DNA of 63,517 nucleotides, counting the filler, from Octopus bimaculoides (lineage: Eukaryota): NCBI RefSeq assembly GCF_001194135.2. It is 5 parts of 5 records of this genome, joined end to end, with 100 filler letters (N's around TTAATTAATTAA, not from the genome) between each part and the next. Parts side by side here need not be neighbours in the genome. Positions count along the whole stretch, not along the records: positions 40,090 to 59,030 come from NC_068983.1; positions 59,131 to 63,517 come from NC_068998.1; 3 more parts are not named here. One strand, written 5' to 3'. This document shows positions 51,837-63,517 of this stretch, piece after piece. How positions within the stretch are numbered: the stretch's first letter is position 1; each line of letters opens with the position of its first letter. Made by a program: the position numbers and the translations under genes. Under the pieces are notes generated by a model. The model saw nothing but the letters and a program-made list of their open reading frames with translations. It searched no databases and had not been told where the DNA came from.

Positions 51837-52070
51837 CAGTAGACCCTCGCCATATCGCCGATCACCTAGCGCGGATTTAATACATCGCGATTCACCTATC
51901 GTACACTCAGCACATCAAATATTTTGTTCTGGTTAATAAATTTAAATTAATATCGCGGACTCCTCGGCATATCGCGGTTTTCTACAGCTGATAGCTATTT
52001 ATAATTTTTAGATGTTAATAATTTCTGTTGGACGTTTAGAACGCAACCCACGCGATATTTGATGGATTAT
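51837..52070 (+). mobile_element. Tigger/pogo-like MITE
   Basis: TA|CAGTAGACCCTCGCCATATCGC start and degenerate right end (gaacgcaacccacgcgatatttgatggatt). A related 3' half lies at 51752-51822 and a related start at 46972. Confidence 0.6.
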
Positions 52071-52694
52071 CATAAATAATACACGCGTGCACACACACAC
52101 ACACAAACACACACACAAACACGCGCGCAATGACTATATGACAAAGGAGAACAGTTAATTTATTTTTCAGGAAGGTATCTGCTATATTGTAGAGATACTT
52201 TTTCACAGAGGTTTTCGTAAAGTCATAAGAGTACAAAACATAAACGAATTTATAAATATTTAATTATTCCTGCTTCAGAATTTGTTGTACCAGTACTATT
52301 TTGCAATCCTCCATAGCCGTTTGGAAATATTATTAGAAGGGTAAAAAATAATGAAATAATAAATGTCGCCTCTTGTGTTACCTTTCCTATTTAACCATTA
52401 AGTTTTTACATTCTAGTATGTACATATGCATCATAAGTACTGTTCATAAAAACAATGATGCATTCATATGAGTGCATATATCAGAGGGTAACGCGGTATA
52501 TTTATTTCACATAAACTATTATATGTTCTCTCTTATGAACGGAAATGCGTATAGCAAATCACACGAGAGATAGAGTTCTTAAATCTTGCGTGCATTACTT
52601 TCAACACATCTTATTAATAACTACATTGTTTCGTTTCAGGTAAACTAATATTAGAGAACACTTCAAACATAACAAGTAGCCGTTTCTTTTGAAA

Positions 52695-53460
52695 ATGTAC
52701 AAAATTTGGCATTGTGGGGTCACAAAGTAAATGTATCGAATGTATTTATTCTCCAAGGACATTCTCAATGTATGATGCTACATTAGGAGTTGACACTCCT
52801 GTTATCATCAATGCAAAAAATGGGCAGCTGAATTTAGGAAAGGAAACAGTATTGAAGATAACGCAAGTTATACATTTCCTTCAACTGCCTTCACCGAGGA
52901 AAACCTTGATCGTGTTCAACACATAGTCATCAATGACAGGCGATTAACTGTAAATCGAATAGCCAATGCTATAAGCATGTGTCGTGAGTGCGGTATGAAT
53001 GTTCTTCACGTTGTTGAGGGAGATCCGACTGGTTTCCTTAAATATTTCATAACTGATGATGATTGTTGACTTCATCACTTTGAGAAACAAAGAGATACTC
53101 CATGGAGTGGAAACACTCCTCACCCGCTCAAAGGCGAAGGTCATTTCATTTGCAGGGAAGGTGATGTCCTCAGTGTTTAAGCATGCAGAAGAGCCACAAC
53201 ATCAATGGAGAGTAGCATGCCAAGTTGCTTAGAGAGTTACAAATCAGGATCAAAAGCCCAGGAAAACTGACGAATGTGGGACTGTTTCATTTGGAAAATG
53301 AGCCAGTACACAAGTCCTTACTGTCAATGATTGCTGTGCAGGGTTGTGGCTCTGAACCGGTTGATCACCATCCCTATTCTCATGATCTGTCCCCATCTGG
53401 CGATCATATGTTTCCACTTAAAAAAACGAGACATTTACTGAAAAACAAACCTGATTTGAT
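52695..53460 (+). pseudogene. Mariner transposase pseudogene
   Basis: MYKIWHCGV; KKWAAEFRKG..EENLDRVQHIVINDRRLTV (HTH); AGKVMSSVF; LFHLENEPVH..HHPYSHDLSPSGDHMFP (YSPDLAP-like). Stops, frameshifts and deletions. Confidence 0.9.
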
Positions 53461-53929
53461 TACATTCACATAAAGATATCCTGGTCAACCTATAAACATC
53501 TCAGCCACATCTTGTGCATTTATTTATTTATATACGTAATTTACGTAGATATCTATTATATTTTAGCATTTGTATCTACCTTCTGAAATACTCACGCTCT
53601 TCTATTTCTCTTTCTCCATCTCTCGGCCTCTTTCCATCTCTCTCTCCCCATTTTTTTGTCAAATATATATATATATATGAATATCTTTTAATATCAATAG
53701 ATTCTATTTGCCTCTGTTTCTGTTTGTTCTGCAAATACAATTGAAATTTTATATGTCATTGAAATTGAAATTCACGTGTTATGCCACTGCCGAGGCTTGC
53801 TACTAAGAAACTGAGTTGGTCAATATCACGTGAACAGGCAATTCCGGAATCCGTATAAATATGAATGTTTTTATGCGTGACGCGTATATATATATATATA
53901 TATATAGGGGGGAACATTCACAAAAAAAA

Positions 53930-54060
53930 ATACGAAGAAAAGTGGTGAAGACAACAAACAGATGTATTAGATTAATGATCGGCAAGTAACAAAGTCTTGA
54001 CTGATTCGAGCCTACGCTCTTCCACAGAAAGCAGCACAGAAAGAAATAAGGAAAGAATGT
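53930..54060 (-). repeat. PLE-terminus-like repeat with a degenerate hammerhead motif (copy 3)
   Basis: Minus: cttt-CTGTGGA-A-GAGC-GTAG-GCTC-GAATCAGTC-aag. Confidence 0.5.
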
Positions 54061-54592
54061 GTAGTGGCTAGCGATCTATAATGGCGAATGCCGAACCAAG
54101 GGGTCACACAGGGGTCTCTCTCTCTTTATATATNNNNNNNNNNNNNNNNNNNNNNNNNNNNNNNNNNNNNNNNNNNNNNNNNNNNNNNNNNNNNNNNNNN
54201 NNNNNNNNNNNNNNNNNTATATATATATATATATATCCTTCTGCTGAGACTCCTACCAAGAGTTCCACGAAGTCAGTGCATGGCATTTGAGAGCGTATCT
54301 TCCTTTTCTTGTGATAACAACGAAAAATTAAACACCTAAATAAATGTTACCAAATCTCAGTTGCTAGCGAATGACGGTTGTGGTGTTATGCATTTTTTTA
54401 GGCAACATGAAATATACGTCAATTTTCCTGCACAGACCGTAAGTTATAAAGAAACTGAATACATAGGAAATTTATATTATAGCATTTTCATAAAGAATAT
54501 AATATGTTGTCGCTACATCTTTCCTATATTTATATATACTCAAGCAGAGCCACCCAGTGTTGCCCGGGAATGAAATTGTTGCTTATTGGTAC

Positions 54593-54819
54593 TTACTCTT
54601 TTACTCTTTTACTTGTTTCAGTCATTTGACTGCGGCCATGCTGGAGCACCGCCTTTAGTCGAGCAAATGAACCCAAGGACAAATTCTTTGGAAGCCTAGT
54701 AGTTATTCTATCGCTCTCTTTTGCCGAACCGCTAAGTTATGGGGACGTAAACACACCAGCATCGGTTGTCAAGCGATGTTGGGGGGACAAACACAGACAC
54801 ACACACACACACACACACA
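54593..54819 (-). mobile_element. SINE family A inserted in the Helitron 3' region (rest in gap)
   Basis: Near-identical to 14164-14370. Confidence 0.92.
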
Positions 54820-55143
54820 NNNNNNNNNNNNNNNNNNNNNNNNNNNNNNNNNNNNNNNNNNNNNNNNNNNNNNNNNNNNNNNNNNNNNNNNNNNNNNNNN
54901 NNNNNNNNNNNNNNNNNNNNNNNNNNNNNNNNNNNNNNNNNNNNNNNNNNNNNNNNNNNNNNNNNNNNNNNNNNNNNNNNNNNNNNNNNNNNNNNNNNNN
55001 NNNNNNNNNNNNNNNNNNNNNNNNNNNNNNNNNNNNNNNNNNNNNNNNNGACGCATGTCAGTTGAAAAGTGAAAGTGTAATAGTAATACTTACTTTAACA
55101 CTCAATGGTTTTTACACTTTTGTATATGACATGTACATACTAT

Positions 55144-55764
55144 TCATGTAAGTGCTTCTTCATATACTATGTTTTCTGTCTTTCCATGCTTATCACTGAG
55201 AATGTAGAGGTTATTTTCATCTCCAACTCTAGAACATCCAACATACAGCTGACCATGTGAGAAGCAAGGTTGAAGGAGGTTAAGTCCCACCACCTTTAGA
55301 GATTGACCTCGTACTTTGTTGATAGACATTGCAAAGGTAAGTTTGACCGGAAACTGCAGTCTCTTGAACTGAAAGGGGAGATCATTTGAAATGAGAGGTC
55401 TCTTTGGAATGAAGACATTCTCACCCATCATGCTGCCTGTAATTATTGTCGCTTCCAACACATGGGGCATGGCTGTTTTAACAACCAACCTTGTTCTATT
55501 GCAGAGTCTGGGTGCATCAAGGTTTCTTAATAGCCTTATGGGAGCACCTATTTTCACGATCAGAATGTGTGGTGGAAATCCTGGTGGCTGAAGTGAATTG
55601 TGGAACTCCACTGGTTAATGCGTTGCCTGTTCTTGATCATGGACAGAGTTAATTGATCTGTATGGACATTCAGGTCCTGCAGGCTGAGTTAACAAATGTA
55701 AATTCAGCTTGTCTACAGAATCATTCCTTGGTGCCAGAATTGTTCTTTCACATAGCCACTTGTG
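55144..55764 (-). pseudogene. Helitron RepHel PIF1-like helicase C-terminal fragment
   Basis: 207 in-frame codons: [84 protein letters not shown]. One premature TAA at 55615-55617, where Tyr is expected. Confidence 0.93.
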
Positions 55765-56806
55765 ACTAACCCAAACCCTAACCCTAACTCTGGTTAGTAA
55801 ATTATGAAATTACTTACATCAGTAAATGTGAAGTTGTTAGCGATTGAAAACGTAAACTGTTAGTGAGAATAGTAACGATTGAAGTTAAAGTGAGGTTGAA
55901 GTGAAATTTGTCACTCAGTGAACCAAAGAGCCAGTATCGAAGGTACCAGAAAAAGGAAACATCAGCAACAGGGAAACACGAAACCGTACTTCTGTTAGTA
56001 AATGATGAAATTACTTACATCAGTAAATGTGAGTAAACTTTTAGTGCGAACAGTAACGATTGAAGTTAAAGTGAAGAAAAAACTATGGCTACCGGAAGTT
56101 GACATTGAGGAACATTTTTAAAGAAGTGAATCTTAAATATAAAGCAATATTATTTATCTTAATAAAAAAAAAATCAAATGAAGAGCCTAAGATTTATCCG
56201 AGGTCAAATTATTCCTGCATCACAAGTATGGAAGAAAATAGTGAAGCCGTTTTCATGTGATTAGCGATTACACACACATCTCTGTTTTATATATAGTATA
56301 GATATATTGCTCCATTGTTAACATAGAATTTAATAGTTGCTTCACTAAAATTCTGCATTTATATTCGTCTATATTTCAGTTCTTGACAGGTTAACATGCT
56401 TATAACCAGATGTTTCCGCGAGATTTATTTTCTAAACACGTACTACTGCACTTTCATATACTTATTCAACAATTATGGATAATATTAAGTGAATATGGAG
56501 ATTAAATATATCTATGCACATTCGTGTATATGAGTGTATATCATCTATATATATATATATATATATGTATTTCTGTCTCTCAACCTCCTTCACCATATAT
56601 GTACCCCTCACACACATATGTAAACATATGCATATATATTAATAAACACAGTGATGAATACATACACTATATACATATATATCAGTTATACTTCTGTTTA
56701 CATATTTACATTAATGTGCTGTAAAGTGTATGTAAATATACTTACACACAGGCACACTATATATGCATACAAACACACACACACACACACACACACACCC
56801 ACCCAC

Positions 56807-56856
<50 letters not shown>

Positions 56857-57229
56857 TTCCCAGTCTTTCTCTCTCCCTCTCTTGTTCTTCATCCTTTCTG
56901 TTTTTTTCTCTCCCACCCTTTCCTTATTCGTCTCTTTCTTTCTCACTCTGCTTCCTTGATCCTCTCGTCGCTGACACATGACGAAAGGGATTCTTTGTTT
57001 CTATTCGCTGCCTTCTTAGAGAGAAGGCGTGAAGTTTTTGTCTCTCATTCACGTGGAACTAGCGTTCAAAATAAAAACTTTTCTGTCGTTTTGTCCTAAC
57101 AGCACTTGCCGTGTGTTTTCATTGTCTTGTTTTTACTGTCTCGTCTTGTGTTTACCGTCTTGTACTCATTGTTCTGTTCTTGTTAATCCTCTCACCCTCC
57201 GCAAAATAATCCAAATTTTATTTAATTTG

Positions 57230-57430
57230 CTTTGCCAGAAGGACTGTACCAACGAAGTCACGTATTGTCCTTGCCTTCGGAACGTGGGGTAGATGGATAG
57301 GGACAACTGATGAAGGAGTATACTCTTTATGTTGCATGTCTCGTTTCTCTGTTTGTGTTTTTCGTTGTTCGAATAAGTTCGTTTTCTGTTTTCGTCTTCG
57401 TTTTGGTTTCTCATTGTGTTTAACGTTTTT
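57230..57430. repeat. Possible Penelope-like terminal-repeat fragment
   Basis: aaCTGATGAAGgagtatactctt followed by a strand-asymmetric T-rich tract. No GAAA partner on the same strand. Confidence 0.3.
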
Positions 57431-57670
57431 CGTAATGTCCTGTACCCATATATGCATGTATGTATACACATAGATGTAGGTATGTACATATATGTATGTA
57501 TATAAGCACATATCTATATATTATTTATATTATATATANNNNNNNNNNNNNNNNNNNNNNNNNNNNNNNNNNNNNNNNNNNNNNNNNNNNNNNNNNNNNN
57601 NNNNNNNNNNNNNNNNNNNNNNNNNNNNNNNNNNNNNNNNNNNATATATATATATATGTATATATATATA

Positions 57671-57709
<39 letters not shown>

Positions 57710-57718
57710 TCTGTGTCT

Positions 57719-57757
<39 letters not shown>

Positions 57758-57875
57758 TGTGTGGTTGATATTATAATATCAAATTTTCATTGTCGTCGTC
57801 GTTGTCGTCATCATCATCGACATCATCATTATTGACGTCATCATCATCGTCATCATCGTCATATTCATAATTATT

Positions 57876-58078
57876 TTAATGGTTTCAGCTGTACCTTTTC
57901 GGGGAGGAGATGATTCGATTACGTTCACCCCAGTATTCAACTGGTACTTATATTCTCGACCCCGAAAGCATTAAAATTAAAAATCGACCTCGGCGGAATT
58001 TGAACGGAAAAGGTAACGACGGGCAAAATACCGCAAAGCATTTCATCCTGCTTGCTAACGATTCTGCAAGCGCGCCAC
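57876..58078 (-). mobile_element. SINE family B
   Basis: Reverse complement of 36331-36550 (tcgacctcggcggaattt..gctaacgattctgc). Confidence 0.8.
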
Positions 58079-58079
58079 C

Positions 58080-58146
<67 letters not shown>

Positions 58147-58161
58147 CAACAACAACAGCTA

Positions 58162-58199
<38 letters not shown>

Positions 58200-58236
58200 A
58201 TAATAATAATGATAATAATAACAACAACAACAGCAA

Positions 58237-58296
<60 letters not shown>
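58079..58296 (+). repeat. Compound (AAT)n/(AGT)n/(AAC)n microsatellite
   Basis: Direct reading. Confidence 0.95.
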
Positions 58297-58300
<4 letters not shown>

Positions 58301-58850
58301 ACTGCGTAGAAATGTACGAATGTAGACACGAAAAGGTAGCCCGAAATCTCCACTGGCTACTATGCCGTGAGAATAAATTTCAGGTAACGGATGCTTGGTG
58401 AAACGTACACCGGAAAAGGTAATGGACGAAAAGTGAAAGGCAAAATCCCTCTGAAACATTGACTTCCAGACAGACAAGGTATTAGAGCACCGAAAGCCAG
58501 ATATAGTAAAGGTTTAGGAGAAAGAAACACGAGTGCCTAATAGTTGACAGGACAGTGGCAGGAGATCAACATATCATGAAAGAAAGAAAAAAGGTTGATA
58601 AATATGGAGACCTAACAATTGAGATCGATAACATGTGACAGCTACGAGAGTCAAGCAAAGGTTATCCCTATTGTCATAGGAGCACAAAGTGTAATACACG
58701 TATTGCAAAAGTCAGCATTACTTGTAACTGCACGCATATTACGTAAAGAGCTGTCTGTCTGAGGTTCTTGTGACTTGACAAACAGTACAAACCCCCACTA
58801 GACAGTAATTTCAATCAACAACCTCACAATATTGTATACAGTGCGACGTC

Positions 58851-58851
<1 letters not shown>
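58297..58851 (+). mobile_element. R4/Dong-like RLE-domain LINE 3' fragment
   Basis: RHEKVARNLHWLLCR; DFQTDKVLEHRKPDIV; CLIVD..GD..ERKKVDKYGDL; VIPIVIGA; LQKSALLVTARILRK. Flanked on both sides by (AAT)n. Confidence 0.85.
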
Positions 58852-58905
<54 letters not shown>

Positions 58906-58946
58906 TTCACAATAATAACAACATCAACAACAATAACAACAACAAC

Positions 58947-59030
<84 letters not shown>
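58852..59030 (+). repeat. (AAT)n/(AAC)n microsatellite
   Basis: Direct reading. Confidence 0.95.
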
Positions 59031-59130
59031 NNNNNNNNNNNNNNNNNNNNNNNNNNNNNNNNNNNNNNNNNNNNTTAATTAATTAANNNNNNNNNNNNNN
59101 NNNNNNNNNNNNNNNNNNNNNNNNNNNNNN
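59031..59130. other. Artificial scaffold-join spacer
   Basis: 44N-TTAATTAATTAA-44N. Confidence 0.95.
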
Positions 59131-59191
59131 ATATATATAGCTATATATATATGTGTATATAGCTATATATATATGTATATATATATATGTG

Positions 59192-59238
<47 letters not shown>

Positions 59239-60868
59239 ATATATATATGTGTATATATATATGTGTATATATATATATATGTGTATATATATGTGTGTAT
59301 ATATATATATGTGTGTATATATATATATATGTGTATATATGTATATATATGTGTATATATATGTGTATATATATATATGAAGTGCTACAAGTGGAATGAA
59401 TGACTTGCTGTCATCTCCTCAGTTGCAGCATATGTAAATAATGAAGCAAACAAACTGAGCTGAATTCTGTGTAGCCTTTTGTTTGCTGGAAAAGGCAACA
59501 GAATCACGACACTTGTAGCTTCACATTGTTCATCTAGAGAGTGTGTGTGTGTGTATATCAAGATATATAAACAAAGCATTAAGAAAAAAAAGGCACATGC
59601 ACAGAATAAGTGAGATTACAGAATGTGTGTATGTGTATATATATATATACATATACATAAGCACAGACACACAAACATATATATATATATACATACATAC
59701 ATACCCTTTCTAAATTATAAGTATGTATATAGGAATCAATATCATTATCCTCATCGTCACCATTATCATGACAGCTTTTTAAAAAATTGCTTCGGAACTT
59801 CTTTAATATCAGAGGAAATTTTTAATAGTAAAAATCATTTGAGGAAAAACTGAAATTGGAAATAAGCCAAAGCAAAAGAATGCAAGAAAACAACTGGAGA
59901 CAAATAGATGTGTTTTTGCAGCGCACACACATATATATACATCCATATATATATATATATACATCTATACATATATATACACACACAGTCATATATATAT
60001 ATATATATACAAGTGTGTGTGTGTGTGTGTAGAAGTAGGTGAACTTTATGAGTTGTTATATATATATCTGTAGGCAATGCTAAGCTAAAACATAGCGTCA
60101 CTATGTAACTACTATGAATAATAATAAAAATCCAGCCACCTAGAATGAATATATATNNNNNNNNNNNNNNNNNNNNNNNNNNNNNNNNNNNNNNNNNNNN
60201 NNNNNNNNNNNNNNNNNNNNNNNNNNNNNNNNNNNNNNNNNNNNNNNNNNNNNNNNNNNNNNNNNNNNNNNNNNNNNNNNNNNNNNNNNNNNNNNNNNNN
60301 NNNNNNNNNNNNNNNNNNNNNNNNNNNNNNNNNNNNNNNNNNNNNNNNNNNNNNNNNNNNNNNNNNNNNNNNNNNNNNNNNNNNNNNNNNNNNNNNNNNN
60401 NNNNNTGGGGGGGGGGTCTCTCTTTAGAAGATTTTTTGTGATAATGAATATGTCTCTTGAAGCAGAGTTTATAGAAAGGAAGGTGAGAAAACATTCTGGC
60501 CAAGAAATTGAGAGAGAGGCCAAGTAGTTGAAACAACAACAAAAGCCTTGTAGAGCTGTGAAGCTTTGTTGTTGTAATGGTGATGATTGCAGCTACTGTA
60601 CTTGGTAAAACTGTCCACTTCAGACAACCTCAATCATCCTTATCATTGTCAGAGAGGACAACAACAGTAGGTAAGCCACCACAGTGAAACATACTGAGAT
60701 ATAATATATATATATATATATAGAATATTAGCACTAGATGTAAGAGGGGAAGGAGAGGGCCATAGCAGAAGGAGGAGGAGACGGAAACCTCAAATGCAGC
60801 AACAGAAGACAATGACAGGAAGAGAGTTAACCTGAACTTAGTCAGGAATTACTGCTACATTCAGGGAT

Positions 60869-60903
60869 TCATGAGTCACTCTTGCCTACACGAGCTTGGC
60901 GAA
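60869..60903 (-). CDS. Tmod: Tropomodulin, last coding exon
   Basis: Branch-like CACTAAT and acceptor TTTTCTTATTTTTACAG. Phase-1 junction C|TT continues the upstream exon in frame: (L)RQARVGKSDS*, stop TGA at 60869-60871. Confidence 0.8.
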
Positions 60904-61321
60904 CTGTAAAAATAAGAAAACAATTAGTGAAATACAACATTTAAACAACAGAAAAGTTATTGTGGGATTAATAAAGCAATTTACCTTTAGAACAAATTGT
61001 TTACAAGATTTTACTCTTCATTGAAATTATTATTATTAAGCAATATATTCACATTTTTATTTAATTGAATTTTATGTAATAATTAGTGAAAAACAGCCTC
61101 ACTGAGGGCCAATCACTATATTTTTGACACCAACAATGACAAGAAAGTATCTCTAAGTTGTTATCGATTTCATTCAACAAACACTGGTTTTTCAGTTTTC
61201 TTGCTGATATAACATTGATAAATATATATTATGGAGATACAGAAACTGAGTATATTTACTGCATACGCATACTTCTAAGAATAAGAGAGAAGCCAATGCA
61301 AAAAGGAATGTAAATGCTTAC

Positions 61322-61469
61322 GTAAATCATTGTTTTTCTGGATTTTCTCCTGGACTCTGACTCTGGCATCAGGATATTCAAACCAAATTCCAAACCGAAG
61401 TAAAGTGTCATTAGCTTCAACAAGTTTAGTAATTGCCATTTCTACTTTATTCCCAAGAAGTGATGGTTT
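61322..61469 (-). CDS. Tmod: Tropomodulin, penultimate coding exon (LRR-cap C-terminus)
   Basis: Acceptor TTCTTTTTTCTCCAG, donor GTAAGC. 148 bp encoding KPSLLGNKVEMAITKLVEANDTLLRFGIWFEYPDARVRVQEKIQKNNDL, matching the Tmod C-terminus as recalled (TMOD1 LGNKVEMEI..LEKNATLLKFG..NNNDLVRK). Confidence 0.92.
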
Positions 61470-62790
61470 CTGGAGAAAAAAGAATTCTTTTTAGCTTCAT
61501 ATATTGTATATATACTCTTATATCAATCGTTCACTGCAAATTGAACAGAAAATGCTAATAGAAAGCCAAAGAGCATGATTTTAACAGGGCAAATTTCTAT
61601 GACAAGATAATAGTTACTATAATTTCATATTAGATGAGTATTGAATAGAAAATGACTAAAGAAATAACTGGCCACTCATAGAGCCTTTATGTAATTACTG
61701 GATCTGCAAGAAATATCAGCTAAATTCCCTCAGGTTACATCCTGTCTTTTTACCTTGTACAATGTAGTCTCATTTGAACAACAAAATGGCATGATGAAGA
61801 CTACAAAGCTTTTTGATAACATGTTTGCTGAAACAGGGCTAACCTGGGGTTAAACAACAACAACAACAACCAATGAAATGACAAAAGATGATGATGTTGT
61901 GAGCATCAACATTGGTCAATCCTTAGAAGTTTTCTTTAATAGCAAAATGTTGATAAGTTTTTCACTTATTAAATTATTTTGTATCTACTTCTGTTTCTGA
62001 AGACAAGCATAGTTATTATTTGATGTGATTGGGTCTGTTGTGAACAGCTTCCAGGAAAGAATATCTTTATATACAGTGGGCTGTCCATACACAGATACAG
62101 CTCGAAATGAATAAAGTGAACAATGAACAATTTGAGAAAAGAATTGTATTTCTCATACTTTTTGCTGACACATAACCATGGATCGACAGAAGCAACACAA
62201 GGGAAACACATACACATGTATTTGCTATTGATGGATGAACAAATAAAACATCATTGCATAGCTTTATGTGAAGTCAGGTCATGGTTTAGAATGAATTACC
62301 TTTATTTGTATGTAATCCAATTATGAATGTAGGAAACAATTTGCTTAATGAATGACGGGGCTCTAGAAAGGATTATGTTCATACATAGATATCCTGATGT
62401 ATATATTATTTCTTGAGTCAGTACTCATGAGTCTTGTGACAGAAAAGATATATACATTTACTGTTCAGTTACATTTTTAAGTTGGTAATGTCTGAAAGGA
62501 ATTCCAGAGGGTTGGTAGAATAATTGCAAAACTAATTATTCGCTTGTCTTTCTAGTAAACAAGCAATTAAAGAAGACAGTAGATGGCAGAGTTAACATCA
62601 GAGTTCAATTTTGAACAGTACACTACAAGTAATGGTCAATTCCTTTCATTATTTAGCTTCTGCTACACAAGCCAGGCTATCAGTATAGAGAAGCTCTCAC
62701 AAGCAGAACTGTGGATGTTATATAATATTTGGTATAGCAAAATTTACACTATAGAAATCCTTTGATAAATAATATACTGTAAAAAAGTAA

Positions 62791-63517
62791 TCTATATCTA
62801 TATATAAAACAGAGATGTATGTGTAATCGCTTTTCACGTGAAATCGACTTCACCATACTTGTGATGCGTGAATAATTTGACCTCGGATAAATCTTAGGCT
62901 CTTCATTTGATTTTTTTAATTAAAAATAAATAATATTGCTTTATATTTAAGATTCACTTCTTTAAAAAGGTTCCTCAATGTCAACTTCCGGTAGCCATAG
63001 TTTTTTCTTCACTTTAACTTCAATCATTACTGTTCGCACTAAAAGTTTACTCACATTTACTGATGTAAGTAATTTCATTTACTAACAGAAGTACGGTTTT
63101 GTGTTGCTGTTTGGTTCACTGAGTGACAAATTTCGATTCAACATCACTTCAATCGTTACTGTTCTCAATAAAAGTTTACGATTTCATTCGCTAACAAGTT
63201 CACATTTACTGATGTAAGTAATTTCATCATTTACTAACATAAGTACGGTTTTGTGTTTCCCTGTTGCTGAGGTTTTTTTTTTTTTTTTCTGGTACCTTCA
63301 ATACTGCTTTCTGAAGATATTCTTCAAAGAAGAATTCAATATCAGTGTGACGGTGATGTCACATTCAATGATGACATCTTCAATGAGACATTAAGATTAA
63401 TAGACGACAAGGTTCAATCACTGGGTGGAAACAAACTTGAAATCTATGGTCTTCCAGCTCCTCCTGTCAGAGATGTTCAACACAGATTAGCACAAGAGCT
63501 AATCAGGGAAACATCAT
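62791..63517 (+). mobile_element. Internally deleted Helitron (copy 2), running off the window, in the intron upstream of the Tmod exons
   Basis: A|TCTATATCTATATATAAAACAGAG at 62791. About 90% identical to the reverse complement of 55800-56302. Confidence 0.88.
63307..63516 (+). pseudogene. Helitron RepHel Rep-helicase linker fragment
   Basis: Open frame LSEDILQRR..FNDDIFNETLRLIDDKVQSLGGNKLEIYGLPAP..ELIRETS, typical of the region just before the PIF1 domain. Confidence 0.8.

Larger units (their letters stand above)
54539..56302 (-). mobile_element. Internally deleted Helitron (copy 1)
   Basis: 5' end A|TCTATACTATATATAAAACAGAG at 56302. About 500 bp non-coding shared with 62791+. Helicase C-terminus present. 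Degenerate 3' hairpin CCCGG-GCAACA-CTGGG and CTTGAG|T near 54539. Confidence 0.85.

Noticed and set aside
61470-62790. Search for the next upstream Tmod exon (..ELRxxNQ)
   Set aside because: No AG..GT-bounded minus-strand frame with Tmod LRR motifs was found. The exon probably lies beyond the window.
56302-62791. Inverted Helitron pair as the ends of one composite element
   Set aside because: Both are 5' ends pointing outward, and a scaffold join lies between them.

Overview
AT-rich, microsatellite-saturated, gap-riddled metazoan DNA. The SINE families and repeat landscape look like Octopus; this is an inference, not a database result. The window joins five pieces (1-16434, 16535-29103, 29204-39989, 40090-59030, 59131-63517) with identical artificial 100-bp spacers (44N-TTAATTAATTAA-44N), so adjacency across those joins is unreliable. 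Nearly all ORFs in the supplied track are artefacts of microsatellites or N-runs. The only host gene I can support is missed by the track: the last two coding exons of a tropomodulin (Tmod) gene on the minus strand (61322-61469 and 60869-60903). The rest is transposon-derived. It includes three tRNA-type SINE families and a near-full-length decayed RTE LINE with a ~2.85-kb internal inversion. It also has other RTE fragments, a CR1-type LINE, an R4/Dong-type RLE fragment inside (TAA)n, and Penelope-like remnants with minimal hammerhead-like motifs. An LTR-internal-LTR-internal-LTR tandem array, four Helitron pieces, a mariner transposase pseudogene, Tigger-like and palindromic MITEs, and a CpG-decayed full-length 5S rRNA pseudogene are present too. 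I found no convincing new biological system. All alignments and identities are by eye, and the consensus motifs used for comparison are recalled from memory.
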